Origin: a virus
Taxonomy: Duplodnaviria > Caudoviricetes
Reading direction: 5' to 3' (one strand)
DNA length: 60,429 nt
Virus record (IMG/VR): IMGVR_UViG_3300045996_001806
Coordinates: 1 to 60,429 of that record
Below the pieces are notes generated by a model that had not been told where the DNA came from, searched no databases, and saw nothing but the letters and a program-made list of their open reading frames with translations. How positions within the stretch are numbered: the first letter of the stretch is position 1; each line of letters starts with the position of its first letter. Positions 16,890 through 26,273 of the stretch are shown one piece after another. Made by a program: the position numbers and the translations under genes.

Positions 16890-18931
16890 TGCCCTGGTCT
16901 GTCGGAAAGCGCGGGAGCAAGTGGTGCGTCGTCAAGGACGACGATGGCAAGGTCGAGGGTTGTCACGATTCGAGCGCCGCTGCGATCAAGCAGCAGAGGG
17001 CGCTCTACGCGAGTGAGTCGATGGCCGCCAACGGGGATGGCCCCGATACGGCCGAGCTCGCGATGGTCGCGCTCTACCCGCGTCTGGAGGAGGCCGAAGC
17101 ACTCGCCGTCGAGGGCGGTCTCGAGGTCGACGATCTGCACGTGACGCTCATCTTCCTCGGCGAGGTGGGAACCTTCGATGAGGAGGCGCTGCCCGAGGCC
17201 GTCGGCCGAGTAGCCATGTCACACAGCCCGCTCGAGGGAGTGGTTGGCGGCACCGGCTACTTCAGCGCGAACGAGGACGGCGTGCCCGTGATCCTGCTCC
17301 CCGACGTTCCCGGTCTGAGCCGCGTGCGCGAAGACATCGTGGGCGAGTTGCGCGCGCAGGGCATCGAGTCACCCTCCGAGCACGGATTCCTTCCACACAT
17401 GACCCAGATCTACGTCGATTCCGTCGACGACGCTCCGCCTCGAGAGAACCCTCTCGGCCAGGCACTCCACTTCGATGCGGTCTCCGTCGTCATCGGCGAC
17501 CGTCGCCAGGACTACCCTCTCGGAGGTGAAGAGATGAGCACCAACACCGTCACCGTCAAGATCATCCCGGACTTCAGCGAGTGGGATGCCGCGCTCGCGC
17601 AGCGAATCGACATCCTGCCGGGGACGGCTGCGAACGCGGCCGCGGGCGCCATGTGGGAGCTCGCTGCAGGCGCCGTCGCCGCCGTCGAGGCAGGGCAGCA
17701 GTGGGAGGGCATCCTCGCCTTCGAGGCCTACCCCTCCGACGGTGATGGCGGTCTCAAGCGCTACCTGATGACGCCTCTCGGGCATCGCGAGCTGCCGCTG
17801 TCTCTCATGGCGCAGTTCGTGAACGAGGAGGGCCACAAGAAGGCGGGGATCGCCGGCCGCATCGACACGATCGAGCGCATCCCCGCCTCGGAGTTCGCCC
17901 ACGAGGGCTTCGATCTTCCAGACGACCTGCCCGAGGACGCTTTCGTGCACTTCGGGACTGGCGTCTTCGACACGGGAGAGGTTGGCGCCGAGGCTGCGCG
18001 GCTCGTCGAGGCGAAGATGCTGCGAGGCGTCTCCGTCGATCTTTCCGGGACGAAGTGGGTCCCGCTCGATGCCGAGACCTTCCAGGAGATCGAGCAGAAC
18101 GAGATGGGCATGGAGCGGATGCTGCGCGGCGTGCTCGCTGGCGGGAAGAACTCGAAGATCGCCGGCGCCACGATCGTCGCGCATCCCTCGTTCGGCCATG
18201 CGCGCGTCGATCTCGTCGCCTGCGCGTTCGCATCGGCGGAGATCCGCCTGGTGCACGAGGAGGATCTCGTCGCCTGCGCCGCTGGCCCGATCGCGCCGCC
18301 CGCGGAGTGGTTCGCGAACCCGCAGTTCAAGCAGCAGACGCCGGTCACGGTCACGGGCGACGGGCGGGTCTCCGGCCACATCGCGACCTGGGACTGCCAC
18401 ATGGGCTACGAGAACATGTGCATGACGGCCAAGCCGTCCCGCGACGGCTACGCGCGCTTCCACACGGGGACGCTCATCACCGACGACGGCACTCCGGTGA
18501 AGATCGGCCGCATCTCGGTTGCGCCGCACGCGCCGAAGCGCATGTCGCCCGAGCAGGTCATGGCGTACTACTCGGACGCGAAGAAGGTCGCCGCGTTCGT
18601 CTGCCTGTACGAGGACCGCTTCGGGATCGCGTGCGCTGGCGTGACGCGCTCGGATGCGCCGCGCGAGCTCCTGCGCGACTTCCTCGCCAATCCGCCGTCG
18701 GGCGAGTGGCGCCGCGGGGAGTTGCTCGGGATCTCGTCGGTGCCTCTGCCGGGTCTCCCGGTGGTCGCTCCCGAGGCGTACTTCGTGGCGTCCGCCGACG
18801 GCGGTGATGTCACGCCCGAGATGCTGATCCTGCCGCCAGTCGAAGCGCCGGAGCCGACGGAGGACGAGATGGTCCTCGCGGCGGCGGCTGCCGGGGGCGC
18901 GGAGACGCTCCTCGGAGTCATCGCCGGCTGA
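16889..18931 (+). CDS. Prohead maturation protease with N-terminal 2H phosphoesterase domain
   Basis: HVT (17138) and HMT (17396) motifs; protease region H..A.IAGRI, RGVSVD, GATIV..PSF; internal SD GGAGGTG + ATG 17534. Confidence 0.8.
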   Translation: MPWSVGKRGSKWCVVKDDDGKVEGCHDSSAAAIKQQRALYASESMAANGDGPDTAELAMVALYPRLEEAEALAVEGGLEVDDLHVTLIFLGEVGTFDEEALPEAVGRVAMSHSPLEGVVGGTGYFSANEDGVPVILLPDVPGLSRVREDIVGELRAQGIESPSEHGFLPHMTQIYVDSVDDAPPRENPLGQALHFDAVSVVIGDRRQDYPLGGEEMSTNTVTVKIIPDFSEWDAALAQRIDILPGTAANAAAGAMWELAAGAVAAVEAGQQWEGILAFEAYPSDGDGGLKRYLMTPLGHRELPLSLMAQFVNEEGHKKAGIAGRIDTIERIPASEFAHEGFDLPDDLPEDAFVHFGTGVFDTGEVGAEAARLVEAKMLRGVSVDLSGTKWVPLDAETFQEIEQNEMGMERMLRGVLAGGKNSKIAGATIVAHPSFGHARVDLVACAFASAEIRLVHEEDLVACAAGPIAPPAEWFANPQFKQQTPVTVTGDGRVSGHIATWDCHMGYENMCMTAKPSRDGYARFHTGTLITDDGTPVKIGRISVAPHAPKRMSPEQVMAYYSDAKKVAAFVCLYEDRFGIACAGVTRSDAPRELLRDFLANPPSGEWRRGELLGISSVPLPGLPVVAPEAYFVASADGGDVTPEMLILPPVEAPEPTEDEMVLAAAAAGGAETLLGVIAG

Positions 18932-19542
18932 GCGTTTCGTTCTGCATCCAGCACCACCCAGCGCGGGCGCATCTCACCTCGAGGATCCTCGAGCGCGTCG
19001 GTGGGGCTGAGCTCGTCACCGACCCCGATCCGGATGGCGAGCGCAGCCCCTTCCGCACCTACCAGGAGTGCCTGCGTCGCACGCCTGAAGGCGTAACGCA
19101 TCGCTGCGTGGTCCAGGACGACGTGCTCTTCTGCGACAACTTCCGTGAGCGCGCAGAGGCGGCGATCGCAGAGCACCCGACGGCCCTCATGGCGTTCTTC
19201 GTCCCCGGGATCTCGTCCTGCGGAAGCCAGCGGGTCATGTACGCGCTGCAGAAGCGGGAGCCCTACGCGAACATCAGCGGAGCGACCACGATCCCGGTCG
19301 TCGCGCTGGCCTGGCCGGTCGAACAGATCCCACCATTCCTGCGCTATTGCTCGCTCCCGCGCTGGGCGAATCAGCGTGGCGACGACACCGTAGTCGGCTA
19401 CTTCGTGAAGACGAATCGGCTGACAGTTCTGGCAACAGTGCCCTCGCTCGTCGAGCATCCTGACATCGAACCGAGCCTGGTCAGAGGCCAGAACTTCAAC
19501 GGGAAGAGCCGCATTCGCAAGGCCGCGTATTTCGCTGGCTGA
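18928..19542 (+). CDS. Glycosyltransferase (GT-A), probable CTG start
   Basis: Frame open from CTGA overlap: SFCIQHHPAR...VVQDD...PSLVEH. Confidence 0.75.
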   Translation: MSVSFCIQHHPARAHLTSRILERVGGAELVTDPDPDGERSPFRTYQECLRRTPEGVTHRCVVQDDVLFCDNFRERAEAAIAEHPTALMAFFVPGISSCGSQRVMYALQKREPYANISGATTIPVVALAWPVEQIPPFLRYCSLPRWANQRGDDTVVGYFVKTNRLTVLATVPSLVEHPDIEPSLVRGQNFNGKSRIRKAAYFAG

Positions 19543-19550
19543 CTTGCGCG

Positions 19551-19573
19551 ACTGCGAGCGACGCGGATACAAC
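19551..19573 (+). promoter_or_regulatory. Putative late promoter (variant)
   Basis: ACTGCG-N11-TACAAC upstream of the capsid gene. Confidence 0.45.
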
Positions 19574-19661
19574 CTTCCCTCGACGGCCGCGTAGGCAGCC
19601 GACCAAGCCGAGACCGTAGGGACCCGGCGCTGATGTTTTCGACCAGCGAAGGAGTCCCAGG

Positions 19662-21479
19662 ATGCTTTTCCCACAGGTTCCCGAGGATCTCTCGGCCGTC
19701 GATCCCGACGAGCTGCGCGGACTCCTCGACACGTTCACGTCCACCGCCGCGAGCCTGATCGCCGACATGCGTCGGCCGGTCGAGGAGCGGCAGGTCGACA
19801 TCGGAGACATGAGCGCCGCCGATCTTCTCGAGGCACTCAAGGCCGCCGCGACCGACCGCAAGCGGATCGAGGACCATCTCGCCGGACTCGCGGAGTCCGA
19901 GCAGAACTTCCTCACCGAACTCGCGTCCGTCGCTGGCGACCTCGGCGTTGTCGAGGCGAGCGCCGAGTTGGTCGCCGAGACCGAACCCGAGCCCGCTCCC
20001 GAGCCGGAGCCCGCTCCCGAGCCGAGCGAGCCGGAGCCGAGCGAGCCGGAGCCGGAGGCAGCCGCCGAGCCGGTGGCGGCCGCGCCCGCGCTCGCCGTCG
20101 CCGAGGCAACGCCGGAGCCGGAACCCGAGCCGGAGCCCGCTGCCGTCCGCAACCTCTCGATCCCGAGGGGACCGGCGGCGATGGAGCCGCGGCCGACGAT
20201 GGCCGATGGCCAGCCCGCGCAACTCGTCGCGTCGGCGGGTCTCGGCCGCATCGCCCTCCGCGAGGGCCTCGTGCTGGATCGGCTCACGTTCTCCGAGGCC
20301 GTCCGCGACCTCGCGCGCGATCTCGGGCCGCCCAAGCACGTCCGGGGCGGAACCCGCGACTTCTACCCCGTCGCCAAGACCGAGTTCCGGTTCCCGGAGG
20401 AGTTCACGCTCGGCGTCGGCGGCGAGGCGGAACTCGACAAGATCCGCGCCGTCTCGTACCAGTTCCTCGGTCTGCCGGAGGGCGCGTCGATCGACGACGT
20501 GTTCCAGGCGGCCGGCGGAATCTGCGCCCCGCCCACGCCCTTCTACGACGTCCCGAGCTTCGCGTCGCGTGAGCGGCCGGTGCGCGGCGCGCTGCCGAGC
20601 TTCTTCGCGGCACGTGGCGGCGTCTCGCTCCCGTCGGTCTCGACGATCGACCGGGCAGACGAGGGCGTCACGGTCATCGAGGAGTCCGAGGACGCGCAGG
20701 GCGGAACCTTCTCCGCGAAGTCCTGCCGCCGCGTCGAGTGCGCGACGTGGACGGAGACGTTCGTCGGGATCATCTCGCACTGCCTCGAGGTCGGAACGCT
20801 CAACGCCCGGACGTGGCCCGAGGGCATCGCGCTCGAGGAGGACAACCAGATGGCGGCTCACGCCGGCATCGCGGAGGCACGCCTCCTCAACCGCATCAAG
20901 GCCCTCTCGATCCAGCCGTCCAGCTACGGCCAGCCCTACAACGGCGTGCACGGCTTCATCTACGCGCTCGCCAGGGCGAAGGCCGCGATCCGGAACCGCC
21001 TGCGGGCGGCTTCGGGGGCGACGTACACGGCCCTACTCCCCGAATGGGTCCAGGAGTTCCTGGTCGCCGACCTCGCCGCGCAGTCGCAGAACGACGATCG
21101 CTACGTCTCGCTCGCAGCGGTCCAGCGGTTCTTCGAGCAGCTCGGCGTGACGCCGGTCTGGTACAAGGACTCGCCCACCACGGGTCCCGTCCAGAACTTC
21201 ACGGCCGAGGTCGGCGGCACCCCGCTCGACGACTTCCCGGACAACGTGCAGTGGGCGCTGTTCATCAACGGCACCTTCCTCCACCTCGACGGGGGCTCGC
21301 TCGAGCTCGGACTCGTCCGCGACTCGACGCTCAACCACCAGAACGACCACGAGCTGTTCGGGGAGTCGTTCGAGAACGTGGCCCGGGTTGGTCCGGAGCA
21401 GTCGGCTCTGTGGCTGACGAACGCAATCTGCCCGTCGGGCGTCTTCCCGCCGGCAGCGTCCGCGGCCCTGACCTGCTGA
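19662..21479 (+). CDS. Major capsid protein with N-terminal scaffold-like region and Pro/Glu linker
   Basis: AAGGICAP..P.YD, LPSF...RGG, K.C.RV.C, DGGSLELGLVRDSTLN..ND..FGESFE. Confidence 0.9.
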   Translation: MLFPQVPEDLSAVDPDELRGLLDTFTSTAASLIADMRRPVEERQVDIGDMSAADLLEALKAAATDRKRIEDHLAGLAESEQNFLTELASVAGDLGVVEASAELVAETEPEPAPEPEPAPEPSEPEPSEPEPEAAAEPVAAAPALAVAEATPEPEPEPEPAAVRNLSIPRGPAAMEPRPTMADGQPAQLVASAGLGRIALREGLVLDRLTFSEAVRDLARDLGPPKHVRGGTRDFYPVAKTEFRFPEEFTLGVGGEAELDKIRAVSYQFLGLPEGASIDDVFQAAGGICAPPTPFYDVPSFASRERPVRGALPSFFAARGGVSLPSVSTIDRADEGVTVIEESEDAQGGTFSAKSCRRVECATWTETFVGIISHCLEVGTLNARTWPEGIALEEDNQMAAHAGIAEARLLNRIKALSIQPSSYGQPYNGVHGFIYALARAKAAIRNRLRAASGATYTALLPEWVQEFLVADLAAQSQNDDRYVSLAAVQRFFEQLGVTPVWYKDSPTTGPVQNFTAEVGGTPLDDFPDNVQWALFINGTFLHLDGGSLELGLVRDSTLNHQNDHELFGESFENVARVGPEQSALWLTNAICPSGVFPPAASAALTC

Positions 21480-21489
21480 AGCGGTAGGT

Positions 21490-21558
21490 AGCGAGGAGGA
21501 GACCCGATGTTGAGCGATATGGCACAGCCAGTGCTCTTCATCGGGTCTCCGTTCGCTC
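21490..21558 (+). other. Long RNA hairpin covering SD and ATG of a 29-aa uORF (21507-21596)
   Basis: Perfect 12-bp inverted repeat GGAGACCCGATG (21498-21509)/CATCGGGTCTCC (21539-21550) with inner GAGC/GCTC and TGGC/GCCA. Confidence 0.65.
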
Positions 21559-21608
21559 GAACTGCCGAGCCCCACGACCAGAGGCCCTACCTCTAGGAGG
21601 ACTGAACC

Positions 21609-22268
21609 TTGGCGAACGTTTGTCCGACTCCCATCTTCGCCTGTCTCGCCAGGGCCACCCGGCTCAATGCGACGACGGGCGCGGTCGTCGGCGGCGCTGA
21701 TGGAGGCGCCGTTACCGACGGCATGGTCACGATCCAATTCACGCCCGACATCGAGGAGGGCACGGAGTCGATCCTCAAGAACGGCTGCGGTCGCATCCTC
21801 GCTCAGTCGAAGACGCCGGACCGGATGAAGCGCTGGAACATGGTCCTCACGATGGGCGAGTGGAACACGGCTTTCGTCGAGATCCTGACCGGGCACGAGC
21901 CAGTCCTCGACGGCGCCGATCTCGTCGGGATCATCGGCAAGGACGAGTTCGCCGACGACTTCGAGGAGTCGCTCGCCGCGCTCGAGATCTGGGCCGAGGC
22001 CTACGAGGGCGACGCGCCGGATTCGGCGCGGCCGTACTTCTACGGACTCATCACCGCGTCGACCTGGCGCATCGGCGACTTCACGCTCGGCGAGGAAGCC
22101 GCGACCATCCCGCTCAACGGCTTCTCGCGCACGAACTCCATGTGGGGCAACGGGCCTTACGACGACACCGGGATCGCGAATCAGGTCAGGACGTGGATGT
22201 TCGCGTCGACCGACACCGCCGGACCCACGGCGTCGTGCGGCTACATCTCCGTCACGGCTGGCAGCTAG
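21609..22268 (+). CDS. Major tail (tube) protein
   Basis: SD AGGAGG, TTG start; R.TRL...G, EEG.E...KN.CG, LEIW, WGNGPY. Confidence 0.75.
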   Translation: MANVCPTPIFACLARATRLNATTGAVVGGADGGAVTDGMVTIQFTPDIEEGTESILKNGCGRILAQSKTPDRMKRWNMVLTMGEWNTAFVEILTGHEPVLDGADLVGIIGKDEFADDFEESLAALEIWAEAYEGDAPDSARPYFYGLITASTWRIGDFTLGEEAATIPLNGFSRTNSMWGNGPYDDTGIANQVRTWMFASTDTAGPTASCGYISVTAGS

Positions 22269-22285
22269 GCCGAGGAGGCTGAGGA

Positions 22286-23137
22286 ATGCCCGGCATCGCG
22301 GTCTCCGGACTGATTACCGCCACCAGTCCGCCTCCGCAGGAGCGGATGCACAGCCTGCTCACGGTTCCCGGGGTCAACCTCGGAGATCCGGGGGGCCGGT
22401 GGGAGATGGGCGTCAACATCTGGGGCTACCCGACCGCGGTGCCGGATCTGTGGGCGCCTTGCGCCGACGAGGGCACCATGCGGGAGAAGGAGTCCGACAG
22501 CGAGCAGCCGCAGGCTGGCTTCGAGGGCTTCGAGATGTACGTGCCCGTCTTCTGTTCAGCGCGCGGGAACGCCCGTGAGCTCGCCGAGCGCGCCCTGGCC
22601 GTCCTTCGAGCGACACAGGCATGGGGTGTCGAGAAGGCCTTGGCGCACGGGATCGTCGGGATGTCGAACAAGCATCTCGTCGATTCGGATCTGACATCGC
22701 TAGCCACGGGTGTCTCCGCGCGTGTCGGGATCAGCTACCTCGAGAAAGCGATCGCCGCGACTGGCCGCCAGGGTCTGATCCACATCACGCCGTCGGTCGC
22801 GGACGCGGCGGATGGTGCGCTCATGGAACCCAGCCAGGCGAGCGATCCGGTCTACACCCAGGCGGGCACGCCCGTCGCAATCGGCGCGGGCTACGTCGGT
22901 GCGGATCCCTCCATCGACCAGCCTGCCCTGTCGGCCCCAGGAGCGACGACCGACTGGATCTTCGCCACGGGTCCCGTCGAGGTGCGCATCGAGGACGATC
23001 CGCGGCAACTTCCCGAGGACATCGCCGAAGCACTCGATCGCACGAACAACGATCTCGTGTATCGCGCTGAGAAGACCGCCGTGGTCGGCTGGGACACGGC
23101 GCTGCAGGTCGGAGTCCTCGTCAATTGGGCGAGCTGA
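22286..23137 (+). CDS. Virion structural protein (minor capsid-like)
   Basis: RWEMGV, F..Y....CS, GLIH, GTPVAIGAGY, WIFATGPV, N......AE; lies in the structural operon. Confidence 0.65.
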   Translation: MPGIAVSGLITATSPPPQERMHSLLTVPGVNLGDPGGRWEMGVNIWGYPTAVPDLWAPCADEGTMREKESDSEQPQAGFEGFEMYVPVFCSARGNARELAERALAVLRATQAWGVEKALAHGIVGMSNKHLVDSDLTSLATGVSARVGISYLEKAIAATGRQGLIHITPSVADAADGALMEPSQASDPVYTQAGTPVAIGAGYVGADPSIDQPALSAPGATTDWIFATGPVEVRIEDDPRQLPEDIAEALDRTNNDLVYRAEKTAVVGWDTALQVGVLVNWAS

Positions 23138-23154
23138 CGATGATCGTTGGCGCG

Positions 23155-23177
23155 ACTGCCAAGGCCCTATCTAGCGT
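23155..23177 (+). promoter_or_regulatory. Putative late promoter
   Basis: ACTGCC-N11-TAGCGT. Confidence 0.55.
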
Positions 23178-23189
23178 AGGAGGCCGCTG

Positions 23190-23453
23190 ATGCCCGTCTA
23201 CCACTTCAGGCTCACGGACACGGAGACCGGAGAATTCCGGAACGTGTCCGTAGCGGCCGACTCCAAGGAAGAGGCCGAAGAGACCGTCATGCGTCAGGAG
23301 ATGAAGAAGGTCAACTTCGAGGAGGACGCCGTGACGGTCAAGGACCTCGAAGAGCGCATGAAGTCCGGGACGCTCTCGGGTCGCGACAAGGCCCGCCTCC
23401 TCGCCCATCGGCAGGAGAAGCCATATTCGATCGCGAAGGCGAAGGAGGGCTAG
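23190..23453 (+). CDS. Hypothetical protein
   Basis: SD AGGAGG. Confidence 0.75.
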   Translation: MPVYHFRLTDTETGEFRNVSVAADSKEEAEETVMRQEMKKVNFEEDAVTVKDLEERMKSGTLSGRDKARLLAHRQEKPYSIAKAKEG

Positions 23454-23456
23454 ACG

Positions 23457-23951
23457 ATGCGCGGCTTGCACATGCAGACGAGCTTTCGCGAGCTCGTCAA
23501 TCACGCCATCACGGTCGCGTTCTACGGCCTGACGATGGAGAAGATCGCCGAGCAGGTCGGAAACGACGTGAACTACCTGACCGGCACGGCCAAGCTCTCC
23601 CTGCACACGAACACGTATGCGCCGAACCGCGACACCGACGACTTCTTCAACGACGCGACGAACGAAGTCGCAGCGGGCAACGGCTACAACGCCGGCGGAG
23701 AGACGCTCGGCGGCAAGACCATCACCTATGACTCCGCCTCGGATCAGGTGCGCTGGGATGCCAACGACGTGACCTGGACGTTCACCGCCGGCAAGACCTG
23801 GCGGAACGGGGTCATGTATATCGACACGGCGGGCGCGTCCTCGACCGACCCGCTCTACGCGGTGCTCGTCTGGGATTCGGATCAGACGGTCTCGACGTCG
23901 TACACGTTGCAGTGGGACGCGGCCGGGATCCTCTTCATCGACACGACGTAG
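23457..23951 (+). CDS. Virion structural protein (small beta-rich tail-associated)
   Basis: K.SLHT, NEV..GNGY.AGG.TL, DA.DVTW, W...GI; start may be internal. Confidence 0.75.
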   Translation: MRGLHMQTSFRELVNHAITVAFYGLTMEKIAEQVGNDVNYLTGTAKLSLHTNTYAPNRDTDDFFNDATNEVAAGNGYNAGGETLGGKTITYDSASDQVRWDANDVTWTFTAGKTWRNGVMYIDTAGASSTDPLYAVLVWDSDQTVSTSYTLQWDAAGILFIDTT

Positions 23952-23963
23952 CAGCCATCTGCG

Positions 23964-26273
23964 ATGGCGTCGCAGGGACCGAATTTCCCGTCCACCGCGA
24001 CTGCAGTTGCCAGCGGAGACGCGAACGAAGTCACCTGGACGAACCCCGGGAACGTAGGGGCGGACGACGGCACTCAGGCTGAGGTCACGGCTGCCACGTT
24101 CGACTCGCCCGATCCGACCTTCTACCTGTATGCGCGTGGATTCGGCTTCACGATTCCTGCTGGTTCGACTATCGACGGAATCGTGGTCGAGATCGACCGA
24201 CGCTCGATCACCGCGGGCGGAGGTATCGACCGCGAGCTTCGACTGTCGGACGCAAATGGAGCCTTGATCGGGGACTCCAAGCACGACGCTGTGACTGTGT
24301 GGCCGCAGCCCTCCACCATCAAGACCTACGGCGGGACGACGGACACCTGGAACACGGGCCTGTCGGCCGCGAACCTTCTGGCAATGGTGAACGATCCCGA
24401 CTTCGGGGTCTACTTCCAGGCGCAGGCAAACATCGCGAACGCCGACATCGGCGTTGACTTCATCCGCATCACCGTCCATTACACCGAGACTGCGGTACCA
24501 CCTACTCCTGGCGGTGGGATTGCGGGAGGCGCGGCACCAACCGCTCTGACGAGCCCGGCATCCAGCGGAGCCGCCGCCGCGGGCAGCACGCCCTCCCCAC
24601 AGGCACTAGTTACCGCAAGCGGAGCCGCAGGCGCGGGCGTTGCGCCCGCAGCGATCGCGCTCGTAGCTATAGGTGGTGCGACGGCAGGCGGCGTAGCACC
24701 TACGGAATCGAGCGGTGTCTTCGAGACTCCGACCTTCGGAGGCGCGAGTGCAGGCGGCGTAGAGCCAAAGGCGATTGCCTCCGGGATTCACGGCGCGCTG
24801 TGGCCGCCGCCTCTTCTCGACAGCTTCACCGGAACTGACGGTGACATCGACGGGCGAGTTGCCGGCGACCGAATCTGGGAGTCGCCGGGCATCTCGGGAT
24901 CGGCGGCCGCGCAGATTGGGACGAATCGCTTTGCCGGCAGCGCCGGCGCAAACCGCTCGGCTGCCCTCGTCGGCGAGCAGGGGGAGGGTCAGCAGGCGGC
25001 GGCGACGATCGTAGGCACTCCGACCTCGAACAATGTCTACATCTACCTGCGCGCGGGCTCGGGCGGGACGCTCCCGCTCGCGAGCCTGAGCGGCCATTAC
25101 CGAGCTGTGCCGATCATCGGCGCGGGCGCGAGCGATGACGAGTTGCGGATCACTCGCAACATCGGCGGCTCCGATGTCGTCGTCCTGAACGCGACTGGCA
25201 CGGGATTCGACTGGGCCGACGGAGACGCCTTCGGCATGTCGCTCGTCGAGGAGGGCGGGGCGACCATGGTGCGTGCCTACCGCAAGCCCTCCGGCGGATC
25301 GTGGGGGTTGATCGGGAGTTTCGCCGACACGACCGGCTCGAGGCCGATGGACGGCTTCGCGATTATCCGGCTGCAATTCACGGCGGTCTCACTCGACGAC
25401 CTGCTATTCGCCTTCACGACGCAAGCTGCGAGTGCCTTTGGCACGAGCCCGAACCCGAGCGCCTCCGTCCCTGCTGGCGGCGCTGCCGCGCTCGGCACGA
25501 GTCCGAACCCGAGCGCTCCCGTCCCTGCTGGCGGCGCTGCCGCGCTCGGCACGAGCCCGAGTGTGCGCGTCGGGGTCACGCCGGGAGGAGCGACCGCTGG
25601 CGGCGTCGCGCCGACCGAGGGCGCTGTAACCGAGACGCCGGTGCCAGGCGGCGGGATCGCAGGCGGCACGAGCCCGACCGCCCGAGTCGCGGTCAGCCCC
25701 GGCGGAGCGCTCGCCGGCGGAACGGCTCCGAGCTCGCCGCTCATAGAGACGCCCACCCCGGGTGGTGCCATCGCAGGCGGAGCAGGACCAGCGGCGACCG
25801 CGACAAGTGGACAAGGTGGGACGACCGCTTCGTCCTTCACGGTCAGTCCGACCATCACGATCACGTCCGGTGGCGCGGTCTCCGGAGGCAATGCGCCCAG
25901 CGCGCCCATGCTCGAGACGCCCATATTCGGTGGGGCGATCGCAGGTGGCGCCGGGCCGGCGTCAGCAGCAGTGGCGAACCAAGGCGGCTCGCTGGCATCG
26001 GACTTCATTGCGACTGCGGGCGTCACGATCAGCCTCGGTGGAGCTACCACGGGTGGTCTCGAACCCTCAGCGCCGCTGACGGAGATCCCTATCCCTGGCG
26101 TGGCGATCGCCGGCGGATTCCCTCCGCTCGAGATCGGTCTCACTCGCTACGGCTCCGCACTGGGCGGCGATCGGTCTCGCGCGGGCGTGCGCGGTGGCGA
26201 TTTCGCTCGAGGAGGCGCACGTGGAGGCGACCGAGCAAGGCAGTACGCTACTGGCGGCGACAGGAGGAGCTAA
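23964..26273 (+). CDS. Large virion protein with Gly/Ala/Pro/Thr repeats and a lectin-like domain
   Basis: FGFTIP.G.TIDGI.V N-terminal domain, ETP.PGGA.AGG repeats, RGGD repeats at C-terminus. Confidence 0.75.
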   Translation: MASQGPNFPSTATAVASGDANEVTWTNPGNVGADDGTQAEVTAATFDSPDPTFYLYARGFGFTIPAGSTIDGIVVEIDRRSITAGGGIDRELRLSDANGALIGDSKHDAVTVWPQPSTIKTYGGTTDTWNTGLSAANLLAMVNDPDFGVYFQAQANIANADIGVDFIRITVHYTETAVPPTPGGGIAGGAAPTALTSPASSGAAAAGSTPSPQALVTASGAAGAGVAPAAIALVAIGGATAGGVAPTESSGVFETPTFGGASAGGVEPKAIASGIHGALWPPPLLDSFTGTDGDIDGRVAGDRIWESPGISGSAAAQIGTNRFAGSAGANRSAALVGEQGEGQQAAATIVGTPTSNNVYIYLRAGSGGTLPLASLSGHYRAVPIIGAGASDDELRITRNIGGSDVVVLNATGTGFDWADGDAFGMSLVEEGGATMVRAYRKPSGGSWGLIGSFADTTGSRPMDGFAIIRLQFTAVSLDDLLFAFTTQAASAFGTSPNPSASVPAGGAAALGTSPNPSAPVPAGGAAALGTSPSVRVGVTPGGATAGGVAPTEGAVTETPVPGGGIAGGTSPTARVAVSPGGALAGGTAPSSPLIETPTPGGAIAGGAGPAATATSGQGGTTASSFTVSPTITITSGGAVSGGNAPSAPMLETPIFGGAIAGGAGPASAAVANQGGSLASDFIATAGVTISLGGATTGGLEPSAPLTEIPIPGVAIAGGFPPLEIGLTRYGSALGGDRSRAGVRGGDFARGGARGGDRARQYATGGDRRS
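25440..25562 (+). repeat. 54-bp tandem repeat (GTSPNPSAxVPAGGAAAL)
   Basis: About 2.3 near-identical units. Confidence 0.85.

Noticed and set aside
21477-21558. SECIS-type selenocysteine readthrough of the capsid TGA
   Set aside because: Readthrough would add only a few residues before TAG, and no Sec machinery or SECIS consensus is seen.
21561-21583. Extra late-promoter copies at 21561 and 38585
   Set aside because: ACTGC is present but there is no TANNNT box at the 11-nt spacing.
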